Numbered from the stretch's first letter, positions 1-10,807 are shown. The stretch is DNA of 64,000 nucleotides from Terriglobia bacterium (GCA_050010335.1 JBEKLF010000008.1:18905-82904); one strand, 5' to 3'. Notes: generated by a model not told the origin, from the letters alone. Made by a program: numbers and translations.

Positions 1-669
1 GTGGGCACGGGTTTAGAAAGCACCAGTGCCACGCTGAAGCTAAGCCGTGAAGCCGTGGCGCGCGGAGCTGATGCCCTTCTGGTGCTCACGCCGAACTACT
101 ACAAACCGCGAATGGATGCCGCCGCCCTGGTGGCCCATTACCGCGCGGTGGGCGCTGGGGTCAAGCGGCCGGTGTTGATCTATTCCATTCCACAATTCAC
201 GGGTTTGGAGGTCGCCCCGGAGACGATTGCCCAGCTTTCGCGCCTGCCGAATGTGGTGGGGCTTAAAGAGAGCTCCGGCATGCTGGATTTTGTGCGCGCG
301 GTTCTATCCAAGGTTAGCCCGGGGTTTCGTGTGCTGGTGGGTGCGCCATCCATATTTTACGACGCCTTATGCGACGGTGCAGTTGGGGGTGTGCTGGGCG
401 TGGCCAACTTTGTCCCATCGCTCTGCGTTGGCCTCTACCAATCGTTCCTCCACCGCCATCCCGAGGAGGCGCGCAGCTTGCAGGAACGCCTCTTGCCGCT
501 GGGTCAGAAAATCGCAATTCCTTATGGAGTGGCGGGGATCAAGGCCGCGTTAGACCTGTGCGGTTATCACGGGGGAATCCCGCGGCTTCCACTGCTTCCC
601 ACTTCCGTGCAGGTAAAGAAGCAAATTGCGGCGGCCCTGCGCGAGGCGAATGCCGGGCTGGCCGTCTAA
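1..669 (+). CDS. Dihydrodipicolinate synthase / N-acetylneuraminate lyase family aldolase, N-terminus outside window
   Basis: ORF open at window edge. LVLTPNYYKP, IYSIPQFTG and GLKESSG (Schiff-base Lys context) are typical of DapA-family class I aldolases. Confidence 0.75.
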   Translation: MGTGLESTSATLKLSREAVARGADALLVLTPNYYKPRMDAAALVAHYRAVGAGVKRPVLIYSIPQFTGLEVAPETIAQLSRLPNVVGLKESSGMLDFVRAVLSKVSPGFRVLVGAPSIFYDALCDGAVGGVLGVANFVPSLCVGLYQSFLHRHPEEARSLQERLLPLGQKIAIPYGVAGIKAALDLCGYHGGIPRLPLLPTSVQVKKQIAAALREANAGLAV

Positions 670-1254
670 GCGGGGGCGATCTTATTCCGGATGGATTCTG
701 ATTCTGGATATCACTGGATACTGCCTTGCCAACCGCGTGACTTGGCCGCTCTTTTCATTGTGGCGCTGTCATTTCTGGTCATTCTTATTGGTGCCGCAGA
801 GCTAAACGCACCTTACATCTACACGTTGTTCTGAAGAGGTCACGTTCGCGCCAGTTCATAAGACCCATCGCAGGACGGCAGATTTAGAAACGTCTTATTC
901 CTCCTGCAACATTGTATTCGCGTGTAGCCATGTTTACCCCAATGCCGAAAATCTGTGCCGCGAATCGGTCGAAGTTCCACGACTTGGGACGCGGGGATGG
1001 CAAGCGGTTTGCATATACCCTCGTGGTCAGCTTGCCTGGACAGGACTTAACAGCCAAGGTCCGGCAAGACTTACCCAGTCGCGGGACGGATCGGCCACCG
1101 GTTGCCGAGTTTTCGGATGTTGATTGAAGCCGGTAAAGCTCTCTAGAACCAGGGCAGGGGACTGTTCAAGGCGATCACCTCTGCCGGTCTAAAACTGGCA
1201 GACCGAAGATAGTCGTCATGGCTGGCGCAATGGCGTTTACGATGTGAGGAGAAA

Positions 1255-1956
1255 ATGATTACAAATGAGGCGGAAATCCGCATTGCTCTGCAAGCAGTTA
1301 TAGTCAGCGTGCTGGCGCTCTATGGTTTTTGGGGATGTGCACTGGTGGTGATCGTTATTCTGCTACCTTGGAAACCCCTGCTCGCCGTCGGAGGATATCT
1401 CGTTCAGCCGGTTGTGGATTGGCGGATACAGAAAGCTCGGAATCGTCACGAGAATGGTATCGCCCAGATTGAGGAGGAGTTGGACGCCTTTCTGCGGGCG
1501 CCGAGGAGAACGCCCAGCGCTTCTGCACCGGTCCCCTCCAAGAAGCCGACGCCCCCGCCGAAGTCTTCTCCTTCCCCAACGCGCCGACCTCTGGAATCCT
1601 TCAAACCATATCGTGCTGGCCAGCCTATCCTCCAGAACATGGCGGTAACGGCACAGAACCTTTCCGCCACATTGGCGATTCCGCCGGCCATCAAGGATCA
1701 TGTGCGAAACTTACCGCAGGGCGTCTTCAGCAACATGGACTTAGAGGTTGAAGAGGTTAAATTCCACGACGACACGGCGGAGGCCTATGTTAGGTTCCAG
1801 AGCCCGAATGTGACCGAGTTAGTCATTCGTCAGCGGTACGTTTTGCGGAAGTCCGGTGATCAATGGCAAGTAGAATCGCGGCAGCCGACCAATGGCGCGG
1901 GCAAGGCGCCCCCTCAATCTACCCCCATGGGGCGCCCCTCCATGCGCTTGACCTAA
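1255..1956 (+). CDS. Hypothetical membrane-anchored protein with Pro/Ser-rich linker
   Basis: 233-aa ORF with N-terminal hydrophobic helices, a PTPPPKSSPSPT linker and a beta-rich C-terminal domain. No family recognised. Confidence 0.45.
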   Translation: MITNEAEIRIALQAVIVSVLALYGFWGCALVVIVILLPWKPLLAVGGYLVQPVVDWRIQKARNRHENGIAQIEEELDAFLRAPRRTPSASAPVPSKKPTPPPKSSPSPTRRPLESFKPYRAGQPILQNMAVTAQNLSATLAIPPAIKDHVRNLPQGVFSNMDLEVEEVKFHDDTAEAYVRFQSPNVTELVIRQRYVLRKSGDQWQVESRQPTNGAGKAPPQSTPMGRPSMRLT

Positions 1957-2206
1957 CTGGGGGTCAAAATCGGCTCGGGTTTAATGAGGGATTCATCATT
2001 TGGGGGGCAAGTGGCGCGGCGCCCCTTCAGTAAGTGTACCTACGCCTCATCTCTTAAGCATTTATCTCCGTAACTCTGTCGAGGATCACTCATCTAATAA
2101 ATCTGGATCAAGAGCCCACGTGTGCTCAAACCGGTGGCGAAACTTCCGCGATTAAATGCTGATCTGTTGCCGCCGATAGAAAGACCGTGTAGGATAATCA
2201 TTTCTC

Positions 2207-3832
2207 ATGACCGCGACCTGTATCCCATATACGCACGTTCCTCACTCAAGCGCCCTGTTAACGGACTATCTCTACCACTTCGACAGGGTCAGCCACTTCT
2301 ATAACGGCTCACCATACGATCCCCGAAGCTATCGGGCGGTCGCAGATCAGATGAGCAAACTAGCGTTTGGCCGCGCCGAGATTGCCGAGATCCTTACACG
2401 TCAGAATCGGGCTTTTGGTTGTTCGGAGCCGACATTGGCGAACATACAAAGGCTAAGCGAATCGGGGACCTTTGCCATTGTGACGGGTCAGCAAGTCGGG
2501 CTGTTTTCGGGTCCGGCATTTACTCTTTACAAGGCACTCACGACAGTGCGACTTGCGCAGTCTCTTTCCGAGCAGGGCTATCCTTGTGTCCCGGTGTTTT
2601 GGCTGGCCACGGAGGACCATGATTTAGACGAGGTTGCGCAGGGAGCAACCTTCGACGACGAGTACAATCTCGTCCCGCTTCATGATTCCGGTGACCGTCC
2701 TTCACCGCGCTCACCCGTGGGCGAAGTCCGGCACACGGCGGAAGTTTCCGCGGCGCTTGACCAAATGGAAGCAGTTCTGCCGGAAGGAGAGTCACGCGCC
2801 CGGCTTCTGCAAGATCTGCGAGAATGTTATGTGCCCGGCGCAACCTGGGGAAGGAGCTTCGCGAGATTTCTGACACGCCTTTTCGGTCGTTGGGGCGTAA
2901 TTCTACTGGACCCGTTGGATGAATCAGTGCGCCGGCTTAGCTCCGGGGTTTATCAGCAAGCCCTGGGAAAGGCAGCGGAATTTCGCGCCGGCGTTTTGGA
3001 AAACTCTCATGCATTGGTGCAGCGCGGCTATCACGCCCAAGTTCACGTGGTGGAGGACTCAACGCTGGTCTTTGTGGCCAGACATGGTGACAGGATAGCG
3101 CTGCATCAAAGGGATGGCAGGTTCTTCCTTGATGGGAGCGAGGAGATATCATTATCCAAGCTTCAATCCTTAATCGCTGAACGGCCATTGGACTTCTCCC
3201 CCAACGTTCTCTTGCGCCCATTGGTGCAGGATTTGCTTCTGCCCACGCTGGCTTATGTGGCCGGGCCTTCCGAGTTGGCCTATCTCGGCCAGGCGAAGTC
3301 TCTTTATGAGGCGTTGGGCCGCCCGCAACCCGTGGTGTTTCCGCGGGCGGCTTTCACGTTAATAGACTCGCGAACCGACCGTTTAATGGAAAAGTACAAG
3401 CTGGGCTTGGAAGATGTGTGGCAGGGCGACGAGCACCTAAGCCAGAAAATCGCAGCAACCGGATACGCTGAGGGTTGGTCAGAGCGTTACGATCAAAGCG
3501 AACGCGAGTTGGAGCAACTCTTAACCCGTCTCCAAGGCGATATCGAAAAGCTCGACCCAACCTTGCTCGATTCACTCCAACACACGAAAGAGAAGATGAA
3601 GTACCAAATGGAGCGGCTGCGGGGAAAGCTGACCCGGGCCGCGCTCGGTCGCTCCGATTTGCTCGTTCGTCATGTGCAGGCCCTGTCTCGATTCCTCACT
3701 CCCCACAAGGATTTACAGGAACGTCGCGTGGGTGGGGCGTATTTCCTGGGTCGAGTCGGCTACGATTTGCTTGACCGGTTGCTCGCGCAGATTCAAGTCC
3801 GCTGCTCGGATCATCAAACCCTTCTGTATTGA
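2207..3832 (+). CDS. bshC: Bacillithiol biosynthesis cysteine-adding enzyme BshC
   Basis: 541 aa. TGQQVGLFSGPAFTLYKA and VPVFWLATEDHD signatures and a helical C-terminus, as in the BshC/YllA family. Confidence 0.75.
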   Translation: MTATCIPYTHVPHSSALLTDYLYHFDRVSHFYNGSPYDPRSYRAVADQMSKLAFGRAEIAEILTRQNRAFGCSEPTLANIQRLSESGTFAIVTGQQVGLFSGPAFTLYKALTTVRLAQSLSEQGYPCVPVFWLATEDHDLDEVAQGATFDDEYNLVPLHDSGDRPSPRSPVGEVRHTAEVSAALDQMEAVLPEGESRARLLQDLRECYVPGATWGRSFARFLTRLFGRWGVILLDPLDESVRRLSSGVYQQALGKAAEFRAGVLENSHALVQRGYHAQVHVVEDSTLVFVARHGDRIALHQRDGRFFLDGSEEISLSKLQSLIAERPLDFSPNVLLRPLVQDLLLPTLAYVAGPSELAYLGQAKSLYEALGRPQPVVFPRAAFTLIDSRTDRLMEKYKLGLEDVWQGDEHLSQKIAATGYAEGWSERYDQSERELEQLLTRLQGDIEKLDPTLLDSLQHTKEKMKYQMERLRGKLTRAALGRSDLLVRHVQALSRFLTPHKDLQERRVGGAYFLGRVGYDLLDRLLAQIQVRCSDHQTLLY

Positions 3833-3953
3833 CATCCTCACAACCATTTTCAGAGGTGCCTCGAATAAGGGCCTGCCCGAGAATCCCCGGGCTTACACGT
3901 TTCGAATCTCGTGTTTCCATGGTCTGGTATAATCCAAAGCTGCAACTGATGGC

Positions 3954-5402
3954 GTGAGCTTAGCCAGAGGGGCCAACATGAATGCTCGTTCCGCGCTTGA
4001 CCTAACCATTCGAGATCGTGCCATTTACGAGATTTCGGACAGTGGTGGTATCGTCCTTAAGAACCCGCAGAAGTTCATTTCACAGACACTGGATTTGTTA
4101 GTGTGGAACGCGGTTTTCGGGGAAAGTGACGAAGTCCGCAATACCGCCCGCTGGATTATCCGGCGGGCCGGCCTGGAGTTGGGCGTCATTCCATCATCGA
4201 TTCAAGGTGTTTATGAAGCGCGGGGAAGAAATGAAATCGGTGGCTTTACGGTGCCGGCCATCAACATCCGCGGCCTGAGTTATGATGTAGCCCGAGCGGT
4301 TTTCCGGGCCGCCCTGCATTTGAAGACGGGCGCATTCATTTTTGAACTTTCGCGCAGTGAGAGTAACTATACTGATCAAAAGCCGTCCGAGTATGCGGCC
4401 GTCATCGTGGCCGCGGCATTGAAGGAAGGCTACGAAGGCCCGATCTTTCTTCAGGGCGACCATTACCAGGCCAATGCTAACAAATTTGCGAAAGACCCCG
4501 AGGCAGAACTACAGGGAATTCGTGACTTCGCCCAAGAATCGATTTTGGCGGGGTATTACAACATCGACATCGATACCTCGACACTCGTCGATTTGAGCAA
4601 GCCTGGGGTGCGTGAGCAACAGCGTGCAAATTTTGAAAACAGTGCAAAGCTGGCTGCTTACGTGCGCTCGATCGAGCCTCAGGCGATCACCATTTCTTTG
4701 GGGGGCGAAATCGGGGAGGTGGGAAAACAGAATTCCACGCTTGAGGAGTTGGCGGGATACATGGACGGCTTCCTCGCCGCGCTCTCAAAACACGCTGGCA
4801 AAAGGAAAGGGCTTTCCAAGATCAGCGTCCAGACCGGGACAACGCACGGTGGCGTGGTGCTTCCGGATGGAACGGTGGCCCAGGTCGCCATCGATTTCGA
4901 GGCCTTGAAGAAGCTTTCGGCGGCCGCCCGCGACCATTACGGTATGGCCGGAGCTGTCCAGCATGGTGCCTCCACTCTGCCGTCGGACGCCTTTCACAAG
5001 TTCGCGGAGTGCGACGCTGCGGAAGTGCACTTGGCGACGGAGTTCCAGAACCTGATTTATGAGAACCCTGCATTCCCGCCCGACCTCAAGAACGACATTT
5101 ACAAGTTTCTGCGAAAGACCTGTGCCGATGATAAGAAGCCCGGTGATAGCGAAGAGCAGTTTATTTACAAAACGCGGAAAAAGGCTTTCGGCCCCTTCAA
5201 GAGAACATTTTGGGAGCTTACTTCCGACGTGCGGAACATGATCGGAGAAGACTTGGAAAAGAAATTCGCATTTTTGTTTGAAAGGTTGAACGTGCAGCGC
5301 ACAGCGGAGTTGGTCAAGAAGACCGTGCCCGTCGTTGCTGTGTATCCTCCCGCGCCAGCCGCCTTGGTGGAGGCCCTGCATAAAGCGCACGCCACACCTT
5401 AA
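3954..5402 (+). CDS. Class II (metal-dependent) ketose/fructose-bisphosphate aldolase, long form
   Basis: FTVPAINIRG, FLQGDHYQ, GGEIGEVG and VQHGASTLP motifs. GTG start at 3954; ATG alternative at 3978. Confidence 0.75.
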   Translation: MSLARGANMNARSALDLTIRDRAIYEISDSGGIVLKNPQKFISQTLDLLVWNAVFGESDEVRNTARWIIRRAGLELGVIPSSIQGVYEARGRNEIGGFTVPAINIRGLSYDVARAVFRAALHLKTGAFIFELSRSESNYTDQKPSEYAAVIVAAALKEGYEGPIFLQGDHYQANANKFAKDPEAELQGIRDFAQESILAGYYNIDIDTSTLVDLSKPGVREQQRANFENSAKLAAYVRSIEPQAITISLGGEIGEVGKQNSTLEELAGYMDGFLAALSKHAGKRKGLSKISVQTGTTHGGVVLPDGTVAQVAIDFEALKKLSAAARDHYGMAGAVQHGASTLPSDAFHKFAECDAAEVHLATEFQNLIYENPAFPPDLKNDIYKFLRKTCADDKKPGDSEEQFIYKTRKKAFGPFKRTFWELTSDVRNMIGEDLEKKFAFLFERLNVQRTAELVKKTVPVVAVYPPAPAALVEALHKAHATP

Positions 5403-5453
5403 AGCCCGTCGAACATGTGCAACCTCCCGCAGTGGTTTAATACGCGAGGACTT

Positions 5454-5903
5454 ATGGCATCACTTGAACTTGGCAAGGTACTTCTCCCTCAGCGGCCGAG
5501 GGCCCCGCTGCAAACTGCTTACGTTGAGACTCACGCGCGGGTTGATTTCAAGGACATCACGGACCTTGTGCAAAAGATCGTGACCGAATCGGGGACGCAA
5601 AGCGGAGTTTGTTTTCTCTTCGTTCCCCACACCACGGCGGCGATTCTGATCAACGAAAATGACGATCCTGCTCTGCGCAAGGATCTCGACCAGTTCCTCA
5701 AGTTATTGGCGCCACGAGACAACAATTATCACCACAATGATGGCAATTGCGACGCACACCTGAAGGCGGCGGTGATTGGCAATTCTAAATCGCTGCTCGT
5801 TGAAGGTGGCCGGCTGGTTCTCGGACGGTGGCAAGGAATCTTTCTGTGCGATTTTGATGGCCCGCGGCGCCGCGAGCTACGAATCAAAGTGGTGTCAGAT
5901 TGA
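5454..5903 (+). CDS. YjbQ/UPF0047 family protein (secondary thiamine-phosphate synthase-like)
   Basis: FVPHTTAAILINENDDPAL, HLKAAVIGNS and GRWQGIFLCDFDGPRRR motifs. ATG 5454 is preceded by GAGGA. Confidence 0.8.
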   Translation: MASLELGKVLLPQRPRAPLQTAYVETHARVDFKDITDLVQKIVTESGTQSGVCFLFVPHTTAAILINENDDPALRKDLDQFLKLLAPRDNNYHHNDGNCDAHLKAAVIGNSKSLLVEGGRLVLGRWQGIFLCDFDGPRRRELRIKVVSD

Positions 5904-5970
5904 AGGTGGCCCCATCCAGCAATTGCTCCCCCGGGGCCGTACCAAATTGAGTGCCGCTTCAAGATCTGAA

Positions 5971-7152
5971 ATGTCAACCCTCGGCATCTACATCCAGGTC
6001 CCATTTTGCGCGTCAAAGTGCAGCTTCTGCAATTTCAACTCACGCGTGGAGCGGGAGAGTATTTTCGATCAGTACACGCGCGGCCTCCGGCGGGAATTGG
6101 AATGCTGGCGAAGTTTCTTTGCCTTGCACGCCATTCCACCGGATGTCCTTTTACATCCTGTCGATTCGATTTACATTGGCGGAGGCACTCCCACATTGCT
6201 CGGGGAAGAGCGCCTTGGTGTTGTCCTACGCGATTTGCGGGATGGTCTTAGCTTGAGCGAGGACGTCGAATTCACCCTGGAAACGACACCCGGGTCGGCA
6301 GACTCCAACTTGCTTAAAGCTCTTCGCGAGCTTGGTGTGAATCGCCTGAGTATCGGAGCGCAAACATTCGACGACCGGGAGCTCGGTGCTGTCGGCCGCC
6401 TGCACTCTGCTGATGAGACTAGGGGGCTTGTGCACCAGGCACGGCGCGCCGGTTTTCAGAATATCAGCCTGGATTTGATTGCCGGACTGTCCCATCAGAC
6501 GGAGGCGTCGTTTCGTCGCAGCCTGGAGGCCGCGGTGGATCTGCGGCCGGAGCATGTGTCGCTTTATCTTTTCGAGGCTGATGAAAAGAGCCGGCTTGGA
6601 AGGGAAGTAGTGCATGGCGGAAATCGGTATCATGCGGCGACCGTTCCCGGTGACGATTTCATGGCTGACGCCTACGAATCCGGATGCGCATTCCTTGCGA
6701 GCGAAGGCTACGCCCAATACGAGATTTCCAACTTCGCCCGCCCGGCTTTTGAGTCGCGCCACAATCGAAAGTATTGGCAGCTTAAGCCCTATGTGGGCCT
6801 TGGTGCGGGGGCACATTCCTTTGACGGAGTACGGCGGTGGTCGAATCAGGTGGATGTGCAGGGTTACCTCACGAAACTGGGCGCAGGGCAGCCACCCATC
6901 GAGGAGTTTCACCTCCTGACGACCGAAGAACAGGTGGAAGAGTTTTTCTTCCTTGGTCTGCGGCAAGTGGAGGGCGTCGATTTGAATCCGGCAAGGGAGC
7001 GCTGGGGGGCAAGCTATCTTGAGCGTTGGGAAGATAGGATTCGAAATCTCTCACATGAGGGTTGGTTGATTAGCCAAGGGAATCGGGTTTGTTTAGCTCG
7101 CCACGCCTACCTCGTTTCAAATGAGATTTTCCAGGAATTCGTTTCCGTGTAG
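5971..7152 (+). CDS. hemW: Radical SAM HemW/HemN-like protein (heme chaperone / coproporphyrinogen III oxidase-like)
   Basis: N-terminal YIQVPFCASKCSFCNF (CxxxCxxC), GGGTPT, and a HemN_C-like tail. Start moved to ATG 5971 because the upstream ORF part overlaps yjbQ. Confidence 0.8.
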   Translation: MSTLGIYIQVPFCASKCSFCNFNSRVERESIFDQYTRGLRRELECWRSFFALHAIPPDVLLHPVDSIYIGGGTPTLLGEERLGVVLRDLRDGLSLSEDVEFTLETTPGSADSNLLKALRELGVNRLSIGAQTFDDRELGAVGRLHSADETRGLVHQARRAGFQNISLDLIAGLSHQTEASFRRSLEAAVDLRPEHVSLYLFEADEKSRLGREVVHGGNRYHAATVPGDDFMADAYESGCAFLASEGYAQYEISNFARPAFESRHNRKYWQLKPYVGLGAGAHSFDGVRRWSNQVDVQGYLTKLGAGQPPIEEFHLLTTEEQVEEFFFLGLRQVEGVDLNPARERWGASYLERWEDRIRNLSHEGWLISQGNRVCLARHAYLVSNEIFQEFVSV

Positions 7153-7228
7153 GGTATTCAGACCGGCAGTTTGCGACACCCGCTATAATACGCCGGAACC
7201 ATTCATAATCTTCGGAGGATGAGAAGTC

Positions 7229-8287
7229 ATGCTAGGACCTTTTGTAGATTTACGAAGCGATACCGTAACCAAACCTTCGGCGGCAATGCGAAAGGCAATG
7301 CACGACGCCGAGGTAGGGGATGATGTCTATCGCGAGGATCCAACAGTCAACCGCCTCCAGGAGCGGGCGGCAGAAATCTTCGGTCGTGAAGCGGGTCTCT
7401 ACGTCGTCTCCGGGACCATGGGTAACCAGACAGCGATCAAAGTTCTGACCCGCCATGGCCAAGAGGTCATTTGCGAGGACCGCTGCCATATATACAATTT
7501 TGAAATGGGGATGGTCACGGCGTTTTCCGGGGTCGTACCGCGCACCGTTCACGCCGAAGACGGAATCCTGACCTGGGACTTGATTGCTCCGCACGTTCGC
7601 CGCCGGAACGATCATCGTGCTCGTACGGGATTGATCGAACTTGAGAACTCGTCGAACTTGGCGGGCGGCGCGGTTTATCCGGTTGCGATTTCGAATGACA
7701 TCATTGAGCACGCCCACTCAGCCGGGCTGCCCGTCCATCTCGATGGCGCGCGAATTTTTAACGCCGGAGTGGCCCTGGGGAAGCCTGTTGTGGAACTCAC
7801 GAAGAATTTCGACTCGATAATGTTCTGCCTTTCGAAGGGACTGGGCGCGCCGGTCGGATCCATGCTTGTTGGCAACAAGGAATTCATCGAGGAGGCGCGA
7901 ATCGTCCGGAAGATGCTTGGCGGGGGGATGCGTCAAGCCGGCGTGTTAGCGGCCGCCGGCCTGATTGCGCTGGAGGAGAGCCCCAAGCGGCTCCATATCG
8001 ACCATGCGAATGCCAAGTTTCTTGCCAAGGAGCTGGCGCAGATTTCGGGAATCAAGATTGACCCCGCCAAGGTAGTCACCAATATCTTGTTTTTTGACGT
8101 CTCCGGGACGGGCCTGACAGGTTATGAAATCTCGAAGCTGCTGGCGGCGCACGGCGTCCTGGCAAACGCTACGAATGCGCAAAGCATTCGCATGGTTACC
8201 CACCTGGATGTGGACCGGGCAGGATGCGAACGCGCCCTGCATGTCCTCCGTGAGGTTGTGGCCCCGCGGAGAGCAGCGGCGTCCTGA
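7229..8287 (+). CDS. ltaE: Low-specificity L-threonine aldolase
   Basis: LRSDTVTKPS, GDDVYREDPTVNRLQ and a CLSKGLGAPVGS (PLP Lys) pattern. Confidence 0.85.
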   Translation: MLGPFVDLRSDTVTKPSAAMRKAMHDAEVGDDVYREDPTVNRLQERAAEIFGREAGLYVVSGTMGNQTAIKVLTRHGQEVICEDRCHIYNFEMGMVTAFSGVVPRTVHAEDGILTWDLIAPHVRRRNDHRARTGLIELENSSNLAGGAVYPVAISNDIIEHAHSAGLPVHLDGARIFNAGVALGKPVVELTKNFDSIMFCLSKGLGAPVGSMLVGNKEFIEEARIVRKMLGGGMRQAGVLAAAGLIALEESPKRLHIDHANAKFLAKELAQISGIKIDPAKVVTNILFFDVSGTGLTGYEISKLLAAHGVLANATNAQSIRMVTHLDVDRAGCERALHVLREVVAPRRAAAS

Positions 8288-8372
8288 GAGGGGAGGGCCA
8301 TCTCCCGGTCTTGCATCCTGGAGAGTGGCATCGGGACGGAGTCGGCGGTGGCCCGGCGGAACCATACCCGCT

Positions 8373-9104
8373 TCATTTCTTGGTTTCCTGGCGCGTTTGA
8401 ATCTTCACGAGCGCTTCGAAGTAGTGCGTGCGGTAGGATGGGTCATCAGGTTCAAGGTGGGTAGCGATGCGATACTCCTTCACCGCGCCGTCAATATCCC
8501 CAAGCTTTTCCAGCGCGTAGCCGAGGCCGTTGTGGGCGTCGGCGTCAGTTTGATCATGCCGGATAGCTTCGATCATTTCCACCCGGGCGCGCTTCCATTC
8601 TTTAGCCAACAAAAAGGTGATGCCCAATTCTCGGTGCAGATCGGCATTCTCCGGATCCAGCTTCGTGGCTTCCCGAAGAGCGGCGACCGCTTCGTCAAGC
8701 CGGGCTTGTTGACGTAATTGGACAGCTTGCTGCACCAACCGGCGCAATTGGGTTTTGTCCTCAGCAAGGGCGGTTGGATTGCTCTCAGCCGGTGAAGGTG
8801 GCGCGTTTTGGATCGGGCCGATCTGTGCCACTTCGTTGGCTCTTGGCGAGACAAAGAAGGCCGCTTCAGGCATGCCGGGGCAGCGCACGTGGATGTAATG
8901 GTCACCGGGATCGACATTCGGGATGGTGAGCTTTCCCGTGGCATCCGTCGCACGCGCAGCATCTGCGTCCACATCCACCTGGCACCCTGCTCGGCCGGCT
9001 TGGATGGCAACCTTCGCAGTTTCCGGCTCGCGCTCCCGTGCCAATGCCACGCCTAGAGCCATTGCCAAAGCCAGACACCAGTTTGGGTGTTTGATCATCT
9101 TCAA
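8373..9104 (-). CDS. Secreted TPR-repeat protein with carboxypeptidase-regulatory-like N-domain
   Basis: Signal peptide MKMIKHPNWCLALAMALGVALA, a beta-sandwich-like segment, then about 3 TPR units (DADAHNGLGYALEKLGDIDGAVKEY). Confidence 0.65.
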   Translation of the reverse strand: MKMIKHPNWCLALAMALGVALAREREPETAKVAIQAGRAGCQVDVDADAARATDATGKLTIPNVDPGDHYIHVRCPGMPEAAFFVSPRANEVAQIGPIQNAPPSPAESNPTALAEDKTQLRRLVQQAVQLRQQARLDEAVAALREATKLDPENADLHRELGITFLLAKEWKRARVEMIEAIRHDQTDADAHNGLGYALEKLGDIDGAVKEYRIATHLEPDDPSYRTHYFEALVKIQTRQETKK

Positions 9105-9406
9105 TTAAATTCGAACCCTTAAGAGTCCGTGCCAGATGGGGACGTCGCGATGCTCCCAGAAGGAAGTTCCTCGCAAAGCCCAACCACGCGCCTTAGCTTA
9201 ACACGATTGCGAGATGAGCGACGCGAACTGAACCGTTTTCTTGACGGCCTCCAGGTTGTGTTATAGCCTGAGTTATGGGCAGATAAGGCGGAATTTGTGG
9301 TTCGACGTTTACCGCAGGTTATTTCCCCTTTGCCAGTGACACATTTCGGTTTGCGACAAGTACCCTCACTGATTCTCAGCGGCTGGGCTTTGGCTCCTGC
9401 GGCTGA

Positions 9407-10807
9407 ATGTTTGCCATGCCGGAGACAGATCACGACCTCGTGGAAAAGATAGTTGCTGGCGACCGGCGCGCCATCGCCCGAGCCATTTCGTTTATAGAGA
9501 ATCGGGACCCCGCGGCGGTTCCGTTGCTGCGCGAGCTGTTCCCAAGGGCAGGACGCGCATGGGTGATCGGGATTACGGGCTCGCCGGGGGCGGGGAAAAG
9601 CACACTGGTCGAAAAACTCGCCATCGAGTATCGCCGCTGCGGTGGACGCGTTGGAATTCTTGCGGTTGATCCCACCAGCCCCTATTCGGGTGGTGCAATC
9701 CTGGGCGACCGCGTACGCATGCAAAGCCTTGCCAATGACCCGGGCGTCTATATCCGCAGCATGGCAACGCGGGGGCAACTCGGGGGTCTCGCTCCCACCA
9801 CTCAGGATGCGGTCACCATTCTCGATGCCGCGGGTTGCGAAACTATTTTGATCGAGACCGTGGGGGTAGGGCAGGATGAAGTGGAAGTCGCGCGCCTTGC
9901 GGACATGACGGTTCTCCTTTTGGTTCCAGGTCTGGGCGATGACATTCAAACCTTTAAAGCCGGAGTGATGGAAATCGCCGATTTGTATGTCATCAACAAA
10001 GCGGACCGCCCCGAGGCCGACCGCGTCGCGCAAGAAGTCACCGCGATGCTTCCCCTGGCTTCTCGCCCTGATGGATGGCCCCCTCCCATTGTCAAAACCG
10101 TTGCCACCACGGGGCAAGGCATAGCGGACTTACTCAAGGTGATTGATCAGTTTCACGCCTTCAGCGAAAAAGGCGAGGTCAAGGGGCGCCGACGCAGGGA
10201 GCATTGGCGCTCCCGCCTTTTCGATTTGCTGCGACAAACGCTTTTTGAAAGGGCCGTTTCAGGACCGCGCAGTGACGGATCCTTTGACCGGCGAGTCACT
10301 GATCTGCTCTCACACCATCGCGATCCGCACGGCGTCGTAGACGAAATCATCGCTGCGCTGCTGCCGGCAACCGTTAGCTCCCCCTCGGTGTTTCGTTTGC
10401 GTGCCGGGGAGATTAAGATCCATCACCTGGGCGTTGCCGTGGAATCACTTGCCCAGGCCGTACCCTTGTTTCAAAGGCTGGTGGGGAAGGCCCCTGATGC
10501 GGAAGAGAGCGTCGCCGACCAGAAGGCACGCGTAGCATCCTTCGACCTTGGCGAGTGCCGCCTGGAACTGCTGGAGAGCACAGAAAGTGATTCCCCCATC
10601 GCCCGGTTTATCGCCAAGCGCGGACCAGGAATCCACCACCTGGCTCTCACCGTTCCCGATTTGCCCGAAGTGCTGCGGAAGTTAGAGAGCGACGGTGTGC
10701 GCCTAATTGATCGCGAACCCCGGGTGGGCGCCGGCAACGAGCGAATCGCTTTCGTTCATCCCTCGAGTACATGTGGCGTCCTGATCGAATTGATTGAGGA
10801 ATCATGA
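9407..10807 (+). CDS. Fusion protein: MeaB/ArgK G-protein chaperone + methylmalonyl-CoA epimerase (VOC fold)
   Basis: aa 1-320 carry GSPGAGKST, DPTSPYSGGAILGDR, ETVGVGQ and NKAD. aa 336-466 carry IHHLGVAV, GPGIHHLALTV and FVHPSSTCGVLIELIE, typical of the epimerase. Confidence 0.8.
   Translation: MFAMPETDHDLVEKIVAGDRRAIARAISFIENRDPAAVPLLRELFPRAGRAWVIGITGSPGAGKSTLVEKLAIEYRRCGGRVGILAVDPTSPYSGGAILGDRVRMQSLANDPGVYIRSMATRGQLGGLAPTTQDAVTILDAAGCETILIETVGVGQDEVEVARLADMTVLLLVPGLGDDIQTFKAGVMEIADLYVINKADRPEADRVAQEVTAMLPLASRPDGWPPPIVKTVATTGQGIADLLKVIDQFHAFSEKGEVKGRRRREHWRSRLFDLLRQTLFERAVSGPRSDGSFDRRVTDLLSHHRDPHGVVDEIIAALLPATVSSPSVFRLRAGEIKIHHLGVAVESLAQAVPLFQRLVGKAPDAEESVADQKARVASFDLGECRLELLESTESDSPIARFIAKRGPGIHHLALTVPDLPEVLRKLESDGVRLIDREPRVGAGNERIAFVHPSSTCGVLIELIEES

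Noticed and set aside
912-1127. 71-aa ORF in the dapA-like / 1255 intergenic region
   Set aside because: It has no SD, no motif and an unremarkable composition. It may be non-coding.
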